The notes: generated by a model from the letters alone, not told the origin. Shown: positions 7,930-19,082, counted from the stretch's first letter. The stretch is DNA of 32,000 nucleotides from Alkanindiges illinoisensis DSM 15370 (GCF_000619845.1 NZ_JHUX01000008.1:1-32000), one strand, 5' to 3'. Made by a program: numbers and translations.

Positions 7930-10900
7930 ATGAACCCAGCAGCGGGCGCATATGCGCAGCGAATTTTACTGACAGTATTTCTGGCATCGTTTGGTATCTA
8001 TTTGCTGATAGCAACCATCACCTATACCCCGTTTGATCCGGGCTGGACGCATGTGTCCAGTGACACGCTCACGGTGAGTAATGCCAGTGGGGTTGCAGGT
8101 GCCTGGATTGCCGATTTGCTGTATGGATTTTTTGGCCGTGCAGCGTTTTTGTTGCCGGTTTTTATTCTGATTGAAGCGATTCAGCTGTGGTGGCCGCACA
8201 GTTTTTTAAGCCGTCCGTTCCGCTTGGCAGCCGAAGTGTTTTTGCTGATGATCTTGGCGGCCCTGTTTAGCCTGCACTGGCTGGAACCAGCAGATACCTT
8301 AAGCAATGCCTCTGGCGGGATTATTGGTTATGAAATTGGCCGTAACCTGCTGGCGCTGATGGGCATGATTTTATCCACGGTGTTTCTGGTTGTATTGCTG
8401 CTGGTGATGGTCACACTGGCTTTTGGTATTCGCTGGGACAAGACCATGGATGGACTGGGTAAAATTCCCGGCCTGTTACAGGAACTGTTTTACCGCAATG
8501 TGCCGGAACGTGAAGCTGCACCTGATTTAACCATTGCTGATTTTGATAACAAAAGTTTTTCCACTAAGAATACTCAACAATCTAGCACTACCCAGACCGC
8601 CAGCACCTCTGGTCAAGCTTCACCGGAAGAACTGGAACCGGCAGAAAATGCTTCAGAAACTATTACAGCTTTCAATCCAGCTACTGAACCTCAGGTGATT
8701 CAAAGCGGGGAGCGCTGGGCTGCCCATAGTGCACAACCTGCCACCGCAGCCACAACAGTGGGAACACTGGGGGCGGCAAGCACAGCAGCCGTTGTTGCGC
8801 CAACCGCAACCAGCACGCTGGATCATCTAGCCGAACTGGTACAAAAAGCCGATCATGTGCTGGCTGAAACCAACACGCCGATTAGCCTGTCCACCAATGA
8901 GGCCACGGCACAGGTGATCAATACCCAGATTGAACCCAGTTTTGCCTGGCAGGATAATGATCTGCTGGATGAGTTACTGGGCACGCCTGAAAAAACATTT
9001 GCTGCTCCAGCGCCTGATGCATTTACTGCGGCAACCATTACTCATGCAGCGACTGGAGTTGCGGTTTCGTCCGATGCACTCGAACGCACCCTGAATATTT
9101 TTGAGCAGTCCTTGGTAGTGAAGCCTGAACCTGCCAGCGCACCTAATGAAACTCATGAGGCAGTTCATGGCAAGGATACCGATACAGTACAGCATGGTTT
9201 ACCAGAATCCCAATTTGCTGAAAACCATGTACGACAATCATTAGATTCAGCCCATAATACTGATGCACCGCTAACCAATGCTTTAACTGCTGCAAGCCCG
9301 CAAGCTGTGGCTCAGCCCACAATTATTCAGCCAACACCACCGGCACAGCGTCCGTCTACCGAAGAAGACATTGAAGCCCTAATCAAGGAGTTTGGGCAAA
9401 ATGAAACCGATCAGCAGGATGCACTGTCACCTTATCCGGACCCGGCCGAGACGTACGATGAATTTGATGCACCATTAAACGATGCCACTGGCCGACCCAT
9501 GTCGCGTGCCATGCAGGTCATCCAGCATCGTGCCACCCTGCCACCTTTGCCGGGTCTTGACTTGCTGGACTTGCCAGACCCCAGCCGCAAAGTGAGCTAC
9601 ACCGCCGAGCAACTGGAGCGTTTGTCCAAGCTGCTGGAAATCAAGCTACAGGAATTTAATGTCAAATCCAAAGTGGTCGAAGCCCAGCCCGGCCCGGTAG
9701 TAACCCGTTTTGAGCTGGAACTGGCACCGGGGGTAAAAGCTTCCAAAGTCACCAATATTTCCCGCGATCTGGCGCGCTCCATGTCGATGGCATCCGTGCG
9801 TGTGGTGGAAGTGATTCCGGGCAAGCCGTACATTGGCATTGAAGTGCCGAATACCTCGCGTGAAATGGTACGTCTGATTGAACTGCTGGAAACACCCACC
9901 TATCGCGATCCGGCAGGCATGATTACCATGGCAATGGGCAAGGACATTGCAGGTCGTCCGGTACTCACAGACCTTGCCAAAGCACCGCACATGCTGGTGG
10001 CAGGGACAACCGGTTCGGGTAAATCGGTGGCGGTGAATGCCATGCTGCTGTCCATGCTGCTGAAATATACTCCGCAGCAATTGCGTCTGATCCTGATTGA
10101 CCCCAAGCAGCTTGAACTGGCTAACTATGGCGATATTCCGCATTTGCTGACGCCCGTGGTAACTGACATGAAAGATGCTGTCAGCGCGCTGAACTGGTCA
10201 GTCAATGAAATGGAACGTCGCTATAAGCTGATGACTTTTTTAAAAGTGCGCAAGATTGATGAATTCAACCGTAAGGTCAATGAGGCGATTGAGCGCGGTG
10301 AGGATTTGCTGGATCCGACTTGGAAGCCGCTGGATAGCGCCGTGCAGGACAGGGCACCACGCCTGCAACCCTTGCCACTGATTGTAATTGTGGCCGATGA
10401 ATTTGCCGACATGATCATGCAAGTGGGTAAAAAAGCTGAAGAGTTGATTACCCGCCTTGCGCAAAAATCACGAGCAGCGGGGATTCACCTGATGCTGGCC
10501 ACCCAGCGTCCTTCGGTTGATGTCATCACAGGTTTGATTAAAGCCAATATTCCAACCCGTGTGGCCTTACGCGTCAATAGCAAAATCGATTCCCGTACCA
10601 TTCTGGATGGCGGCGGCGCTGAGGATCTGCTGGGTCATGGCGACATGCTGTTTTTGGCACCGGGCAAAATCGAACCGGAGCGGGTACATGGCGCGTTTAT
10701 CAGTGATGATGAAGTCAACCGGATTTGTGATGCCTGGCGCGAGCGTGGCAGCCCAGATTATGTCGACGACATTTTAACGCCGTATGATGAAGATGGTGGC
10801 TCCAGCCGTGGTTTTGAATCCGAGGATGGCGGCAGCGCTGACCGTGACCCGATGTATGATCAAGCCGTGCAGTTTGTACTAGAAACCCGCAAATGTTCAG

Positions 10901-11025
10901 CTTCGGCTTTGCAGCGCAAGTTTAGCCTTGGCTATAACCGTGCCGCGCGCCTGATTGATAATATGGAAGACGCGGGCATCATTAGTCCGATGGGACCCAG
11001 TGGCAAGCGGGATATTCTGGTTTGA
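7930..11025 (+). CDS. ftsK: DNA translocase FtsK
   Basis: 1031 aa. N-terminal membrane helices, then a long low-complexity T/A/Q/P/E-rich linker, then the motor domain (Walker [21 protein letters not shown]), then a gamma-domain winged helix ([17 protein letters not shown]). Confidence 0.95.
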   Translation: MNPAAGAYAQRILLTVFLASFGIYLLIATITYTPFDPGWTHVSSDTLTVSNASGVAGAWIADLLYGFFGRAAFLLPVFILIEAIQLWWPHSFLSRPFRLAAEVFLLMILAALFSLHWLEPADTLSNASGGIIGYEIGRNLLALMGMILSTVFLVVLLLVMVTLAFGIRWDKTMDGLGKIPGLLQELFYRNVPEREAAPDLTIADFDNKSFSTKNTQQSSTTQTASTSGQASPEELEPAENASETITAFNPATEPQVIQSGERWAAHSAQPATAATTVGTLGAASTAAVVAPTATSTLDHLAELVQKADHVLAETNTPISLSTNEATAQVINTQIEPSFAWQDNDLLDELLGTPEKTFAAPAPDAFTAATITHAATGVAVSSDALERTLNIFEQSLVVKPEPASAPNETHEAVHGKDTDTVQHGLPESQFAENHVRQSLDSAHNTDAPLTNALTAASPQAVAQPTIIQPTPPAQRPSTEEDIEALIKEFGQNETDQQDALSPYPDPAETYDEFDAPLNDATGRPMSRAMQVIQHRATLPPLPGLDLLDLPDPSRKVSYTAEQLERLSKLLEIKLQEFNVKSKVVEAQPGPVVTRFELELAPGVKASKVTNISRDLARSMSMASVRVVEVIPGKPYIGIEVPNTSREMVRLIELLETPTYRDPAGMITMAMGKDIAGRPVLTDLAKAPHMLVAGTTGSGKSVAVNAMLLSMLLKYTPQQLRLILIDPKQLELANYGDIPHLLTPVVTDMKDAVSALNWSVNEMERRYKLMTFLKVRKIDEFNRKVNEAIERGEDLLDPTWKPLDSAVQDRAPRLQPLPLIVIVADEFADMIMQVGKKAEELITRLAQKSRAAGIHLMLATQRPSVDVITGLIKANIPTRVALRVNSKIDSRTILDGGGAEDLLGHGDMLFLAPGKIEPERVHGAFISDDEVNRICDAWRERGSPDYVDDILTPYDEDGGSSRGFESEDGGSADRDPMYDQAVQFVLETRKCSASALQRKFSLGYNRAARLIDNMEDAGIISPMGPSGKRDILV

Positions 11026-11038
11026 TGGCTAACTGCAT

Positions 11039-11320
11039 ATGTCATACAGTAATTCTAAATATTTATCACAGGATCAGCTTTTTGAATTATTAGCTGATTT
11101 TGATGATACAGAAGATATCGAAATTATTTATATCAGATATCGGCAAAGGCAGGAAATTCATACTCTTGAAAAGATTTCTTTCAACAATTTAAAAGAATTA
11201 ATAGTCAACGCTTTGGATGAAGGTCATATTTTTGGAGGGGATATCCAGATCAACCTTCTTGGCTTATCACAGAAACTCATCGGGCACCATGATGGTATAT
11301 TTTGGCTGGCAGCATTGTAA
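11039..11320 (+). CDS. Hypothetical acidic 93-aa protein
   Basis: Uninterrupted ORF starting 13 nt after the ftsK stop. I recognise no motif. There is an abrupt drop in G+C: my hand count gives 35/120 G+C for 11041-11160, against 22/40 for 10981-11020. Confidence 0.5.
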   Translation: MSYSNSKYLSQDQLFELLADFDDTEDIEIIYIRYRQRQEIHTLEKISFNNLKELIVNALDEGHIFGGDIQINLLGLSQKLIGHHDGIFWLAAL

Positions 11321-11369
11321 ACTTGTAGAGACAGGCTGATTGATAAAAGGGACGTTTTGGTTTAATTAG

Positions 11370-11936
11370 ATGAACGAAGCCACATATCAAAAGCAACTGA
11401 TCCAATGGCTTTTACAGGATCAGCAGCGTATGCAGATTTTGCAAATCGCTGCTGATTTTTGCGAGAACAATCATTTAACAGAATGGGGTCTGGCCGCAGG
11501 TTTTGTTAGAAATCTGGTCTGGGATCATCTGCATAATTACACTGATGCAACTGCACTGAATGACATTGACCTGATCTATTTTAATTCTGCAAACACTCTT
11601 GAGCACATTGACCTAAAGTTTGAGCAGGAATTAAAGCAGCGATTGAATATCAACTGGTCAGTCAAAAATCAGGCACGCATGCATATTCGTAATCATGATT
11701 TGCCTTATAAAAATATCGCTGATGCCATAAGCTACTGGCCCGAAGTAGAAACTGGTGTAGCTGTGTTGATACGTCATCATCAGATTGAAATAATTGCGCC
11801 TTTTGGCCTGGCCTCATTATTTAAAGGTCATATTAGCCTTAATGCAAAGAGGCCCAAACCTAAAGTATTCCAGCAAAGAATTCAGCAAAAAAGATGGCTG
11901 GCGCAATGGCCAAACTTGCAAGTTAAGCTGCGTTAA
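11370..11936 (+). CDS. Nucleotidyltransferase family protein (PF06042/NTP_transf_6-like, Pol-beta fold)
   Basis: 188 aa. GLAAGFVRNLVWD followed by NDIDLIYF fits the G[GS]...D.D minimal nucleotidyltransferase signature. Confidence 0.65.
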   Translation: MNEATYQKQLIQWLLQDQQRMQILQIAADFCENNHLTEWGLAAGFVRNLVWDHLHNYTDATALNDIDLIYFNSANTLEHIDLKFEQELKQRLNINWSVKNQARMHIRNHDLPYKNIADAISYWPEVETGVAVLIRHHQIEIIAPFGLASLFKGHISLNAKRPKPKVFQQRIQQKRWLAQWPNLQVKLR

Positions 11937-11942
11937 AACATC

Positions 11943-13220
11943 TTACTCTTTCACTTCAACCGGTTTACTGTGCTCCACATCAACATTTAATAAATCACGG
12001 GTTTTAAAATAGGTCAGCGCTGCCACTAGCAAAGTAATCGTGCCACCCAGGATAGTTGCTGGAATTACGGTTAAATAACGCGCTGCCACGCCGGATTCAA
12101 ATGCGCCCAGTTCATTGCTGGATGACACGAACATACCATTCACCGCAGCCACACGACCCCGTAGGTTTTCAGGTGGAAAGATCTGCAAAATAGTTTGCCG
12201 TACCACCACGCTAATACTGTCAAAGGCACCGGTTAGTGCCAACGCCAATAGCGACAGCCACATGGTAGTGGAAAAGGCAAATACTAGCGTAAAAACTCCA
12301 AAGCCAGCAACGGCCAGCAACATATTGCGCCAGGCATGCTGAGTGGGCGGATACTTGGCCAGAAGCACCATCATCAACAATGCGCCAACTGAGGGTGCAG
12401 CACGCAGCAGGCCAAGCCCTTCAGCACCCACCTTTAAAATATCATCGGCATAAATGGGCAGCAGGGCAACCACACCGCCAAACAGCACCGACACCAGATC
12501 CAGCGAAATCGACCAGAAAATAATCTTGGTTTTAAAAATAAAGCGGAAGCCTTCACTTAAGCTCAGCAGCACACTGTCATGTTCAATCGGTGGAAAACTG
12601 CGGCGTTTAAGCAGAGCCAGCAGCACACTACACATCAGTAATAGACCCGTTACCAGATACAAAGTGGGATGTAAGCCCAGATAACCCAGCAACAAACCAC
12701 CTGTGACTGGCCCCAGCACCACTGCACTTTGCCAGCCAATAGTTGTCCAGGTGGCCGCATTGGGGTAAAGGTTGCGCGGCACCAGAAAGGGTTTGAGAGA
12801 TGTAACGGCTGGACTATAAAAACCACGAATGGTTCCCATCAGGAAAATAATGCCATATACCCCCAACGAGAGTTGCTGTGCAGTTAAATGGCCGTGCTCG
12901 TGACTACTAAATAGGGCTGATAATACCAGTGGCAAAGGCAGCGACAGCACCATGCAAATTTGCATAATAATCTGGCGGTTATAACGGTCAGCAAAATAGC
13001 CACCCCACAATGACAGTGCAATGAAGGGAATAGCTTCAGCCAGTCCAATAAAGCCTAGCACTAACGGATCACGCGTGAGGTGATATAGCGCGTAGGCCAC
13101 AATAACTTCCTGCATCAAGATAGCCAGCGTCAGGCAAAACTGATTAATCGTCACAATGGAAAAATCACGGTGACGCAGGGCAGCAAAAGCGTCGTGTGGT
13201 GCAGCAGGTGAAGTAGACAT
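11943..13220 (-). CDS. MFS transporter
   Basis: About 12 predicted hydrophobic helices. The loop 2-3 motif GGYFADRYNRQ is MFS-like. I prefer the ATG at 13220 (MSTSPAAP) over the TTG at 13244. Confidence 0.75.
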   Translation of the reverse strand: MSTSPAAPHDAFAALRHRDFSIVTINQFCLTLAILMQEVIVAYALYHLTRDPLVLGFIGLAEAIPFIALSLWGGYFADRYNRQIIMQICMVLSLPLPLVLSALFSSHEHGHLTAQQLSLGVYGIIFLMGTIRGFYSPAVTSLKPFLVPRNLYPNAATWTTIGWQSAVVLGPVTGGLLLGYLGLHPTLYLVTGLLLMCSVLLALLKRRSFPPIEHDSVLLSLSEGFRFIFKTKIIFWSISLDLVSVLFGGVVALLPIYADDILKVGAEGLGLLRAAPSVGALLMMVLLAKYPPTQHAWRNMLLAVAGFGVFTLVFAFSTTMWLSLLALALTGAFDSISVVVRQTILQIFPPENLRGRVAAVNGMFVSSSNELGAFESGVAARYLTVIPATILGGTITLLVAALTYFKTRDLLNVDVEHSKPVEVKE

Positions 13221-13475
13221 TATTGAACGTGGGTACAAAAGCAATTCTGACGTCTATCATAAAAATTAAGCCAGACTTAAGATAGCGGTTTTTTTGGGTA
13301 ATTCTGTTTAATACCAAGGTTAAGCATCAGCAATATGTCTTAGCCGTGAAACAAGAATTTCTGTATGAAAAGCCGTGCTTTTTTTTTATGCAAAAATCAA
13401 TTAAACTATGCGCCCCCTACCTGCAAGCCGTCTGTAATGGTGCAACGTGCTGAACAGGTGCTCAAAGAGGTTGTT

Positions 13476-13676
13476 ATGGCTAAAGTTAAGATGAAAACTC
13501 GCCGTGGTGCAGCAAAACGCTTTAAAGCGACTGCAAATGGCTTTAAGCGCAAGCAAGCATTCAAGCGTCACATTTTGACCAAGAAATCTCCTAAGCGTAT
13601 TCGTCAATTGCGCGGCTGTGTAATGGTTCACGTAAGTGACGTTGCATCAGTTCGTCGTATGTGTCCATACATCTAA
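13476..13676 (+). CDS. rpmI: 50S ribosomal protein L35
   Basis: [37 protein letters not shown]... with aagagg 6 nt upstream of the ATG at 13476. The ORF-track start at 13365 is an upstream in-frame extension. Confidence 0.92.
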   Translation: MAKVKMKTRRGAAKRFKATANGFKRKQAFKRHILTKKSPKRIRQLRGCVMVHVSDVASVRRMCPYI

Positions 13677-13687
13677 GGAGAAATTAA

Positions 13688-14047
13688 ATGGCTCGTGTAA
13701 AACGTGGTGTAGTGGCTCATCGTCGTCACAAAAAAATTCTTGCCCGTGCTAAAGGCTACTATGGTGCGCGTTCGCGTGTTTACCGCGTAGCGTTCCAGGC
13801 GGTAATCAAAGCAGGTCAATATGCGTACCGTGACCGTCGCCAGAAAAAACGCCAATTCCGCGCACTGTGGATTGCCCGTATTAACGCTGGTGCCCGTCAG
13901 AATGGTCTGTCATACAGCCGCCTGATTTCCGGCCTGAAAAAAGCGCAAGTGACTATCGACCGTCGTGTGCTGGCTGATATTGCCATGCATGACAGCGTTG
14001 CATTTGCTGCGATTGCATCTCTGGCAAAACAGAATCTGGCGGCTTAA
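13688..14047 (+). CDS. rplT: 50S ribosomal protein L20
   Basis: [35 protein letters not shown]... with aaggag upstream. It starts 11 nt after rpmI. Confidence 0.95.
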   Translation: MARVKRGVVAHRRHKKILARAKGYYGARSRVYRVAFQAVIKAGQYAYRDRRQKKRQFRALWIARINAGARQNGLSYSRLISGLKKAQVTIDRRVLADIAMHDSVAFAAIASLAKQNLAA

Positions 14048-14075
14048 TTCGTCAATCTGTACTGCTTAAGTGCAA

Positions 14076-14108
14076 GAAAGCCGCCTTCACAGAGGCGGTT
14101 TTTTATTT
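14076..14108 (+). terminator. Rho-independent terminator after rplT
   Basis: gaaagccgcc (14076-14085) pairs with ggcggttttt (14094-14103) and continues into a T-rich run. Confidence 0.75.
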
Positions 14109-14145
14109 TAAAAAAGAAAAAATTAAATTAATAAGTAGGATCAAA

Positions 14146-14706
14146 ATGCAATCAATTTATTCTGTGGAGGCACTACAAAAATCACTTCATAAAGGCTTAA
14201 AGCCTAAATACATATTTTTTTGGGGACATCAGCAAAAAGCAAACCAGATAGATAAAAGCTGTTTTAGCCAATGGTATCCAGCAAAATTTGAGATAGCTGG
14301 TCAAACCTTTTTAACGGCTGAGCATTATATGATGGCAGAAAAAGCCAGGTTGTTTAAGGACGAGCAAACCTATCAACTGATTCTCGCTGTAAAGTCAGCA
14401 GCTCATGCCAAGGCTTTAGGTCGAGAGGTTAAAAATTTTAATGAAATAGTCTGGCAGGAAAACAGGTTTAATATCGTTGTTAATGCAAATCTGGCCAAAT
14501 TTTCACAGAATCCAGCTTTGAAAGAGTTTTTACTAAACACTGGTCAGCGAATTCTGGTAGAGGCTTCGCCAGTGGATAAAATTTGGGGTATTGGTTTAGC
14601 TGAAGATCATGAGTTTGCAAAATTACCTGTAAAATGGCGTGGCTTGAATCTTTTAGGGTTTGCTCTTATGAAAGTTAGAGATCAGTTAAAATTAGAGATG
14701 GTATAA
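14146..14706 (+). CDS. NADAR (YbiA/DUF1768) domain protein
   Basis: 186 aa with FFWG, FSQWYP, F.TAEHYMMAEKA, NRFNIVVNANLAKFSQNPALKEFLLNTG and LVEASPVDKIWGIGL, collinear with the NADAR/YbiA family. AT-rich: 19/60 G+C for 14161-14220, against 30/60 for 13981-14040 in rplT. Confidence 0.8.
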   Translation: MQSIYSVEALQKSLHKGLKPKYIFFWGHQQKANQIDKSCFSQWYPAKFEIAGQTFLTAEHYMMAEKARLFKDEQTYQLILAVKSAAHAKALGREVKNFNEIVWQENRFNIVVNANLAKFSQNPALKEFLLNTGQRILVEASPVDKIWGIGLAEDHEFAKLPVKWRGLNLLGFALMKVRDQLKLEMV

Positions 14707-14712
14707 TCAGTT

Positions 14713-14964
14713 ATGGTCAATATTATCAAGCGCGGTGGTTTTCGCGAACAGGCCGCCCGGCAATTAAAATATAAAAATTCGGTGAATCAACGTGCCGATA
14801 TTACTGCACAAAAGGCCTATCAGCCTTTGCATCACACTGATGAAGCAGTGCAAGACAGTACCACGCCGCCTGATCCAGTTCCGGTAGATAATAGGGATGA
14901 CGTATCCAGTCATTCTTCCACTGAACACGATGCAACCCATAGAAGCACCTACAAAAATACCTAA
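14713..14964 (+). CDS. Hypothetical 83-aa protein (uncertain gene)
   Basis: ORF starts 6 nt after the NADAR stop and lies upstream of a plus-oriented terminator. The C-terminal half looks polar and disordered, the SD is weak, and I recognise no motif. Confidence 0.3.
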   Translation: MVNIIKRGGFREQAARQLKYKNSVNQRADITAQKAYQPLHHTDEAVQDSTTPPDPVPVDNRDDVSSHSSTEHDATHRSTYKNT

Positions 14965-15052
14965 GCTGTCGAAAAATCTTACCAATTGCCAAGCCCTTCA
15001 ATTCAAAGGCATCACTATCCCACCCAAAAAACTGTTAAAATAATCGGCTAAC

Positions 15053-15079
15053 TTAAGTCATCACTGACTTATTTTTTAT
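15053..15079 (+). terminator. Terminator-like hairpin closing the NADAR islet, 24 nt upstream of pheS
   Basis: aagtca (15055-15060) pairs with tgactt (15065-15070) around a 4-nt loop, followed by attttttat. Confidence 0.6.
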
Positions 15080-15084
15080 ATTAA

Positions 15085-16098
<1,014 letters not shown>

Positions 16099-16157
16099 GC
16101 CCTGATTACTCCCTCTAGCTCCCTCTCTTACCAAGCAAAGCTTCTCAGGGGAGAACT

Positions 16158-16178
16158 CCCTCCCTTGTTAAGGGAGGG
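16158..16178 (+). other. Perfect 9-bp GC-rich hairpin in the pheS-pheT spacer
   Basis: ccctccctt (16158-16166) and aagggaggg (16170-16178) flank a 3-nt loop (gtt). No T tract follows. Confidence 0.6.
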
Positions 16179-16226
16179 TGAAAACATCACACAGAATTTA
16201 AGAAAAGAATTTAGGAATTTGCGGTT

Positions 16227-18617
16227 ATGAAAATTAGTGAAAACTGGTTACGGTCATGGGTTAATCCAGCCGTTGACAGCGATGTACTGGCCCATCAGCT
16301 CACCATGGCTGGCTTGGAAGTAGATGACAGCAGCACAGTTGCCAAGCCTTTTACTGGCGTTGTCGTGGGTGAAGTACTGACGGTTGAGCAGCATCCCGAT
16401 GCAGACCGTTTGCGCATAACCACCGTTAATATTGGTAGTGGTGAGCCACTGCAAATTGTCTGTGGTGCACCGAATGTGGCTGTTGGTCTAAAGGTGCCTG
16501 TTGCAACCATTGGTGCAGTTCTTCCCGGCGACTTTAAAATTAAGAAAGGCAAGCTGCGTGGTGTGGAGTCACATGGCATGTTGTGTGGCGCATCTGAAAT
16601 TGATCTGGAAGACAGTGTTAATGGCTTGCTAATCCTGCCACAGGATGCGCCAATTGGGACGGATATCCGGGATTATTTAAAACTGGATGACCGTGTCATT
16701 GAAATCAGCATTACCCCAAACCGTGGCGATTGTTTCAGCATAAAAGGAATTGCACGCGAGCTGGGGGTAATTAATAATCTGGCAGTCACGCCAGTTGAAA
16801 TCCAGCCAGTCACAGCAACAATTGCCGACAAGAAGCAGGTTCAGCTGCACAGTGCAGGCTGCCCTCGCTACGCTGGCCGTGTAATTAACAACATTAATGC
16901 ACAAGCCAAAACGCCGCAGTGGATGGTAGACGCCCTAAGCCGTTCCGGTATTCGTGTGCATAGTGTGCTGGTTGACATTACCAATTATGTGCTGCTGGAA
17001 CAGGGCCAGCCGTTGCATGCTTTTGACCTCAGCAAAATTGAAGGTGATATTCAGGTTCGTCAGGCCAAGCCGCAGGAAAAGCTCAAGCTGCTCAATGAAC
17101 AGGACATTGAGCTGGCTGATGATGTGCTGGTGATCAGTGATGATCATAAAGTGCTGGCAATGGCTGGGATCATGGGTGGACTGGACAGCAGCGTAACAGA
17201 TAGCACCACTGACATTTTTCTGGAAAGTGCGTTCTTTGATCCCTTGGCCATTGCAGGGCGTGCCCGCCGTTATGGCATGCATACCGATGCCTCACAACGT
17301 TATGAGCGTGGCGTTGATTTTGAACTGGCCATGCCCGCCATTGAGCGTGCGACCCAGTTGATTTTGCAACTGGCTGGCGGTGAAGCCGGTGAAGTGGTTC
17401 TGGTAGAGCAAGCAGATGCCTTGCCCAAGCGTTTGCCGATTGCCTTAAGCTTGGCGCAAGTCAACCAGTTACTGGGCTATGAAGTAGCTGCCGATTTTGT
17501 AGAGCAAACCTTAAGCCGCTTGGGAATGCAGGTGAATGGTAATGGCAATAATGAGAACAAGGGCTGGGAAGTTATTCCGCCGTCTTACCGCTTTGACATT
17601 GCCATCAAGGAAGACCTGATTGAAGAAGTTGCCCGCATTTATGGCTATGATAATATTCAGACCAAAATGCCGGTGCTTGAAATTGAACTTAAGCCTGCGC
17701 AGGATCGCTTAAGTATTCAGCAATTGCGCCAGGCCCTGGTTAGCCTGGGTTATCAGGAAGCCATTAGCTTTAGCTTCAGTGATGAAAAGCTGGAAAAGCA
17801 GTTAAACCCTGAAGTAAAACTGCTGAAGCTGGCCAACCCAATTTCCAGTGAACTGGGCGCCATGCGCAGTACTTTATTGTCCAGCCTGATTCCATCGGTG
17901 CAATACAACCTGAATCGCCAGCAAAGCCGGGTGCGCCTGTTTGAAACGGGTCTGCGCTTTGATTATGAACAGGCCACAGGAATTCAGGATTTAAAACAAA
18001 TTCCGACACTGGCTATGATTGCCACGGGTACTGCTATTCCTGAACAGTGGCATGCCAAAGCCCAGTCCATGGATTTTTATGATTTAAAGGGTGAGATCGA
18101 ACGAATTCTGGCATCTGCGCGGCTGGCGGCTGCGTTTAAACCCAGCTCGCTCCCCTGGTTACATCCAGGGCAAAGTGCCAATATCGTGGTGCAAGGACAA
18201 GTCATTGGTTATTTGGGCCGGTTACATCCTGCCTTGGAAGATCAGCTTGATCTAGGCAAAACCTGGGTCTGTGAAGTTGATCTGGATGTGCTTTTGCAAC
18301 CTTATGTATCTAATTTTACAGAATTATCACGTTTTCCTACGGTTCGACGTGATATAGCTATTTTAATCAGTGCTAATATTACTATTGACCAAATTCAGCA
18401 TACGATTCAATCAGCTGCAGGTGAATGGTTAATCCAGAGCTGGTTATTTGATGTGTACACTGGACAGGGCATTGAAGTAGGGCAACGTTCACTGGCGTTT
18501 GCACTGCTGTGGCAACATCCGGAGCGCACATTGGAAGATGCTGAAATTAAGGAAGGAATGCAGCGTGTTATTGATGCGTTGCAAGATACGTATAAGGCGA
18601 CTTTGAGGGCATCATGA
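16227..18617 (+). CDS. pheT: Phenylalanine--tRNA ligase beta subunit
   Basis: 796 aa. N-terminal tRNA-binding domain ([12 protein letters not shown]...), followed by B3/4, B5 and FDX-ACB regions in the usual order. Confidence 0.93.
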   Translation: MKISENWLRSWVNPAVDSDVLAHQLTMAGLEVDDSSTVAKPFTGVVVGEVLTVEQHPDADRLRITTVNIGSGEPLQIVCGAPNVAVGLKVPVATIGAVLPGDFKIKKGKLRGVESHGMLCGASEIDLEDSVNGLLILPQDAPIGTDIRDYLKLDDRVIEISITPNRGDCFSIKGIARELGVINNLAVTPVEIQPVTATIADKKQVQLHSAGCPRYAGRVINNINAQAKTPQWMVDALSRSGIRVHSVLVDITNYVLLEQGQPLHAFDLSKIEGDIQVRQAKPQEKLKLLNEQDIELADDVLVISDDHKVLAMAGIMGGLDSSVTDSTTDIFLESAFFDPLAIAGRARRYGMHTDASQRYERGVDFELAMPAIERATQLILQLAGGEAGEVVLVEQADALPKRLPIALSLAQVNQLLGYEVAADFVEQTLSRLGMQVNGNGNNENKGWEVIPPSYRFDIAIKEDLIEEVARIYGYDNIQTKMPVLEIELKPAQDRLSIQQLRQALVSLGYQEAISFSFSDEKLEKQLNPEVKLLKLANPISSELGAMRSTLLSSLIPSVQYNLNRQQSRVRLFETGLRFDYEQATGIQDLKQIPTLAMIATGTAIPEQWHAKAQSMDFYDLKGEIERILASARLAAAFKPSSLPWLHPGQSANIVVQGQVIGYLGRLHPALEDQLDLGKTWVCEVDLDVLLQPYVSNFTELSRFPTVRRDIAILISANITIDQIQHTIQSAAGEWLIQSWLFDVYTGQGIEVGQRSLAFALLWQHPERTLEDAEIKEGMQRVIDALQDTYKATLRAS

Positions 18618-18913
18618 CTGCACTAACAAAAGCCGAAATGGCCGATCATTTAAGTGAAAAAACCGGTCTTAATCGCCGGGAAGCCAAACAATTGGTAGAG
18701 CTATTTTTTGATGAGATCAGTCAGGCACTTATTGCAGGCGATCAGGTAAAGCTCTCAGGGTTTGGGAATTTTGAACTGCGCGACAAGCGTCAGCGTCCAG
18801 GCCGCAATCCTAAAACTGGAGAGGAAATTCCCATTACTGCGCGCCGTGTGGTGACGTTCCGTGCTGGCCAGAAGTTTCGTCAGCGGGTAGAGCAGGAACA
18901 ATACGACGAATGA
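18614..18913 (+). CDS. ihfA: Integration host factor alpha subunit
   Basis: [16 protein letters not shown]...[26 protein letters not shown]. The ATGA start/stop overlaps pheT by 4 nt. Confidence 0.93.
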   Translation: MTALTKAEMADHLSEKTGLNRREAKQLVELFFDEISQALIAGDQVKLSGFGNFELRDKRQRPGRNPKTGEEIPITARRVVTFRAGQKFRQRVEQEQYDE

Positions 18914-18945
18914 TGTTGTGTTGTGACAAGATGATAATCGTAGAA

Positions 18946-18969
18946 GAGCAGCTAAAGGCTGCTTTTTTA
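18946..18969 (+). terminator. Rho-independent terminator of the pheST-ihfA operon
   Basis: agcagc (18947-18952) pairs with gctgct (18958-18963), followed by TTTTTT. Confidence 0.7.
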
Positions 18970-19037
18970 TTGGCGAGTTGTTAGAAATAAAGCGATTAAA
19001 AATAAAATAGAAGATTTCTGAACGAATCAATAGACAA

Positions 19038-19070
19038 TAAAAAAGAGAGCTAAAAAGCTCTCTTTTTTTG
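19038..19070. terminator. Bidirectional terminator (serves the minus-strand lipoprotein gene)
   Basis: agagagc (19044-19050) pairs with gctctct (19056-19062). It is flanked by an A run on the left and a T run on the right, so it terminates in either direction. Confidence 0.75.
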
Positions 19071-19082
19071 AAACTGTAACTA

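Noticed and set aside
8480-9560. The long low-complexity T/A/Q/P/E-rich stretch in the middle of FtsK.
   Set aside because: Variable Pro/Gln/Ala-rich linkers between the membrane and motor domains are a known normal feature of FtsK. I saw no internal DNA tandem repeat.
9646-10143. Long antisense ORFs inside ftsK (9646-10143), pheS (15346-15942), trxB (6712-7404, and same-strand off-frame 6561-7124), pheT and rho.
   Set aside because: They lie opposite to, or out of frame with, genes that have unmistakable conserved protein sequences. Their translations are low-complexity or Cys/Arg/His-rich, as expected for shadow ORFs.
14764-14985. A 73-aa hydrophobic minus-strand ORF (MVRFFDSLGIFVGASMGCIVF...) antisense to the 83-aa ORF, considered as a small membrane toxin.
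   Set aside because: It has no SD and no minus-oriented terminator. The only terminator nearby (15053-15079) is oriented for the plus strand. The coding status of this interval is genuinely unclear on either strand.
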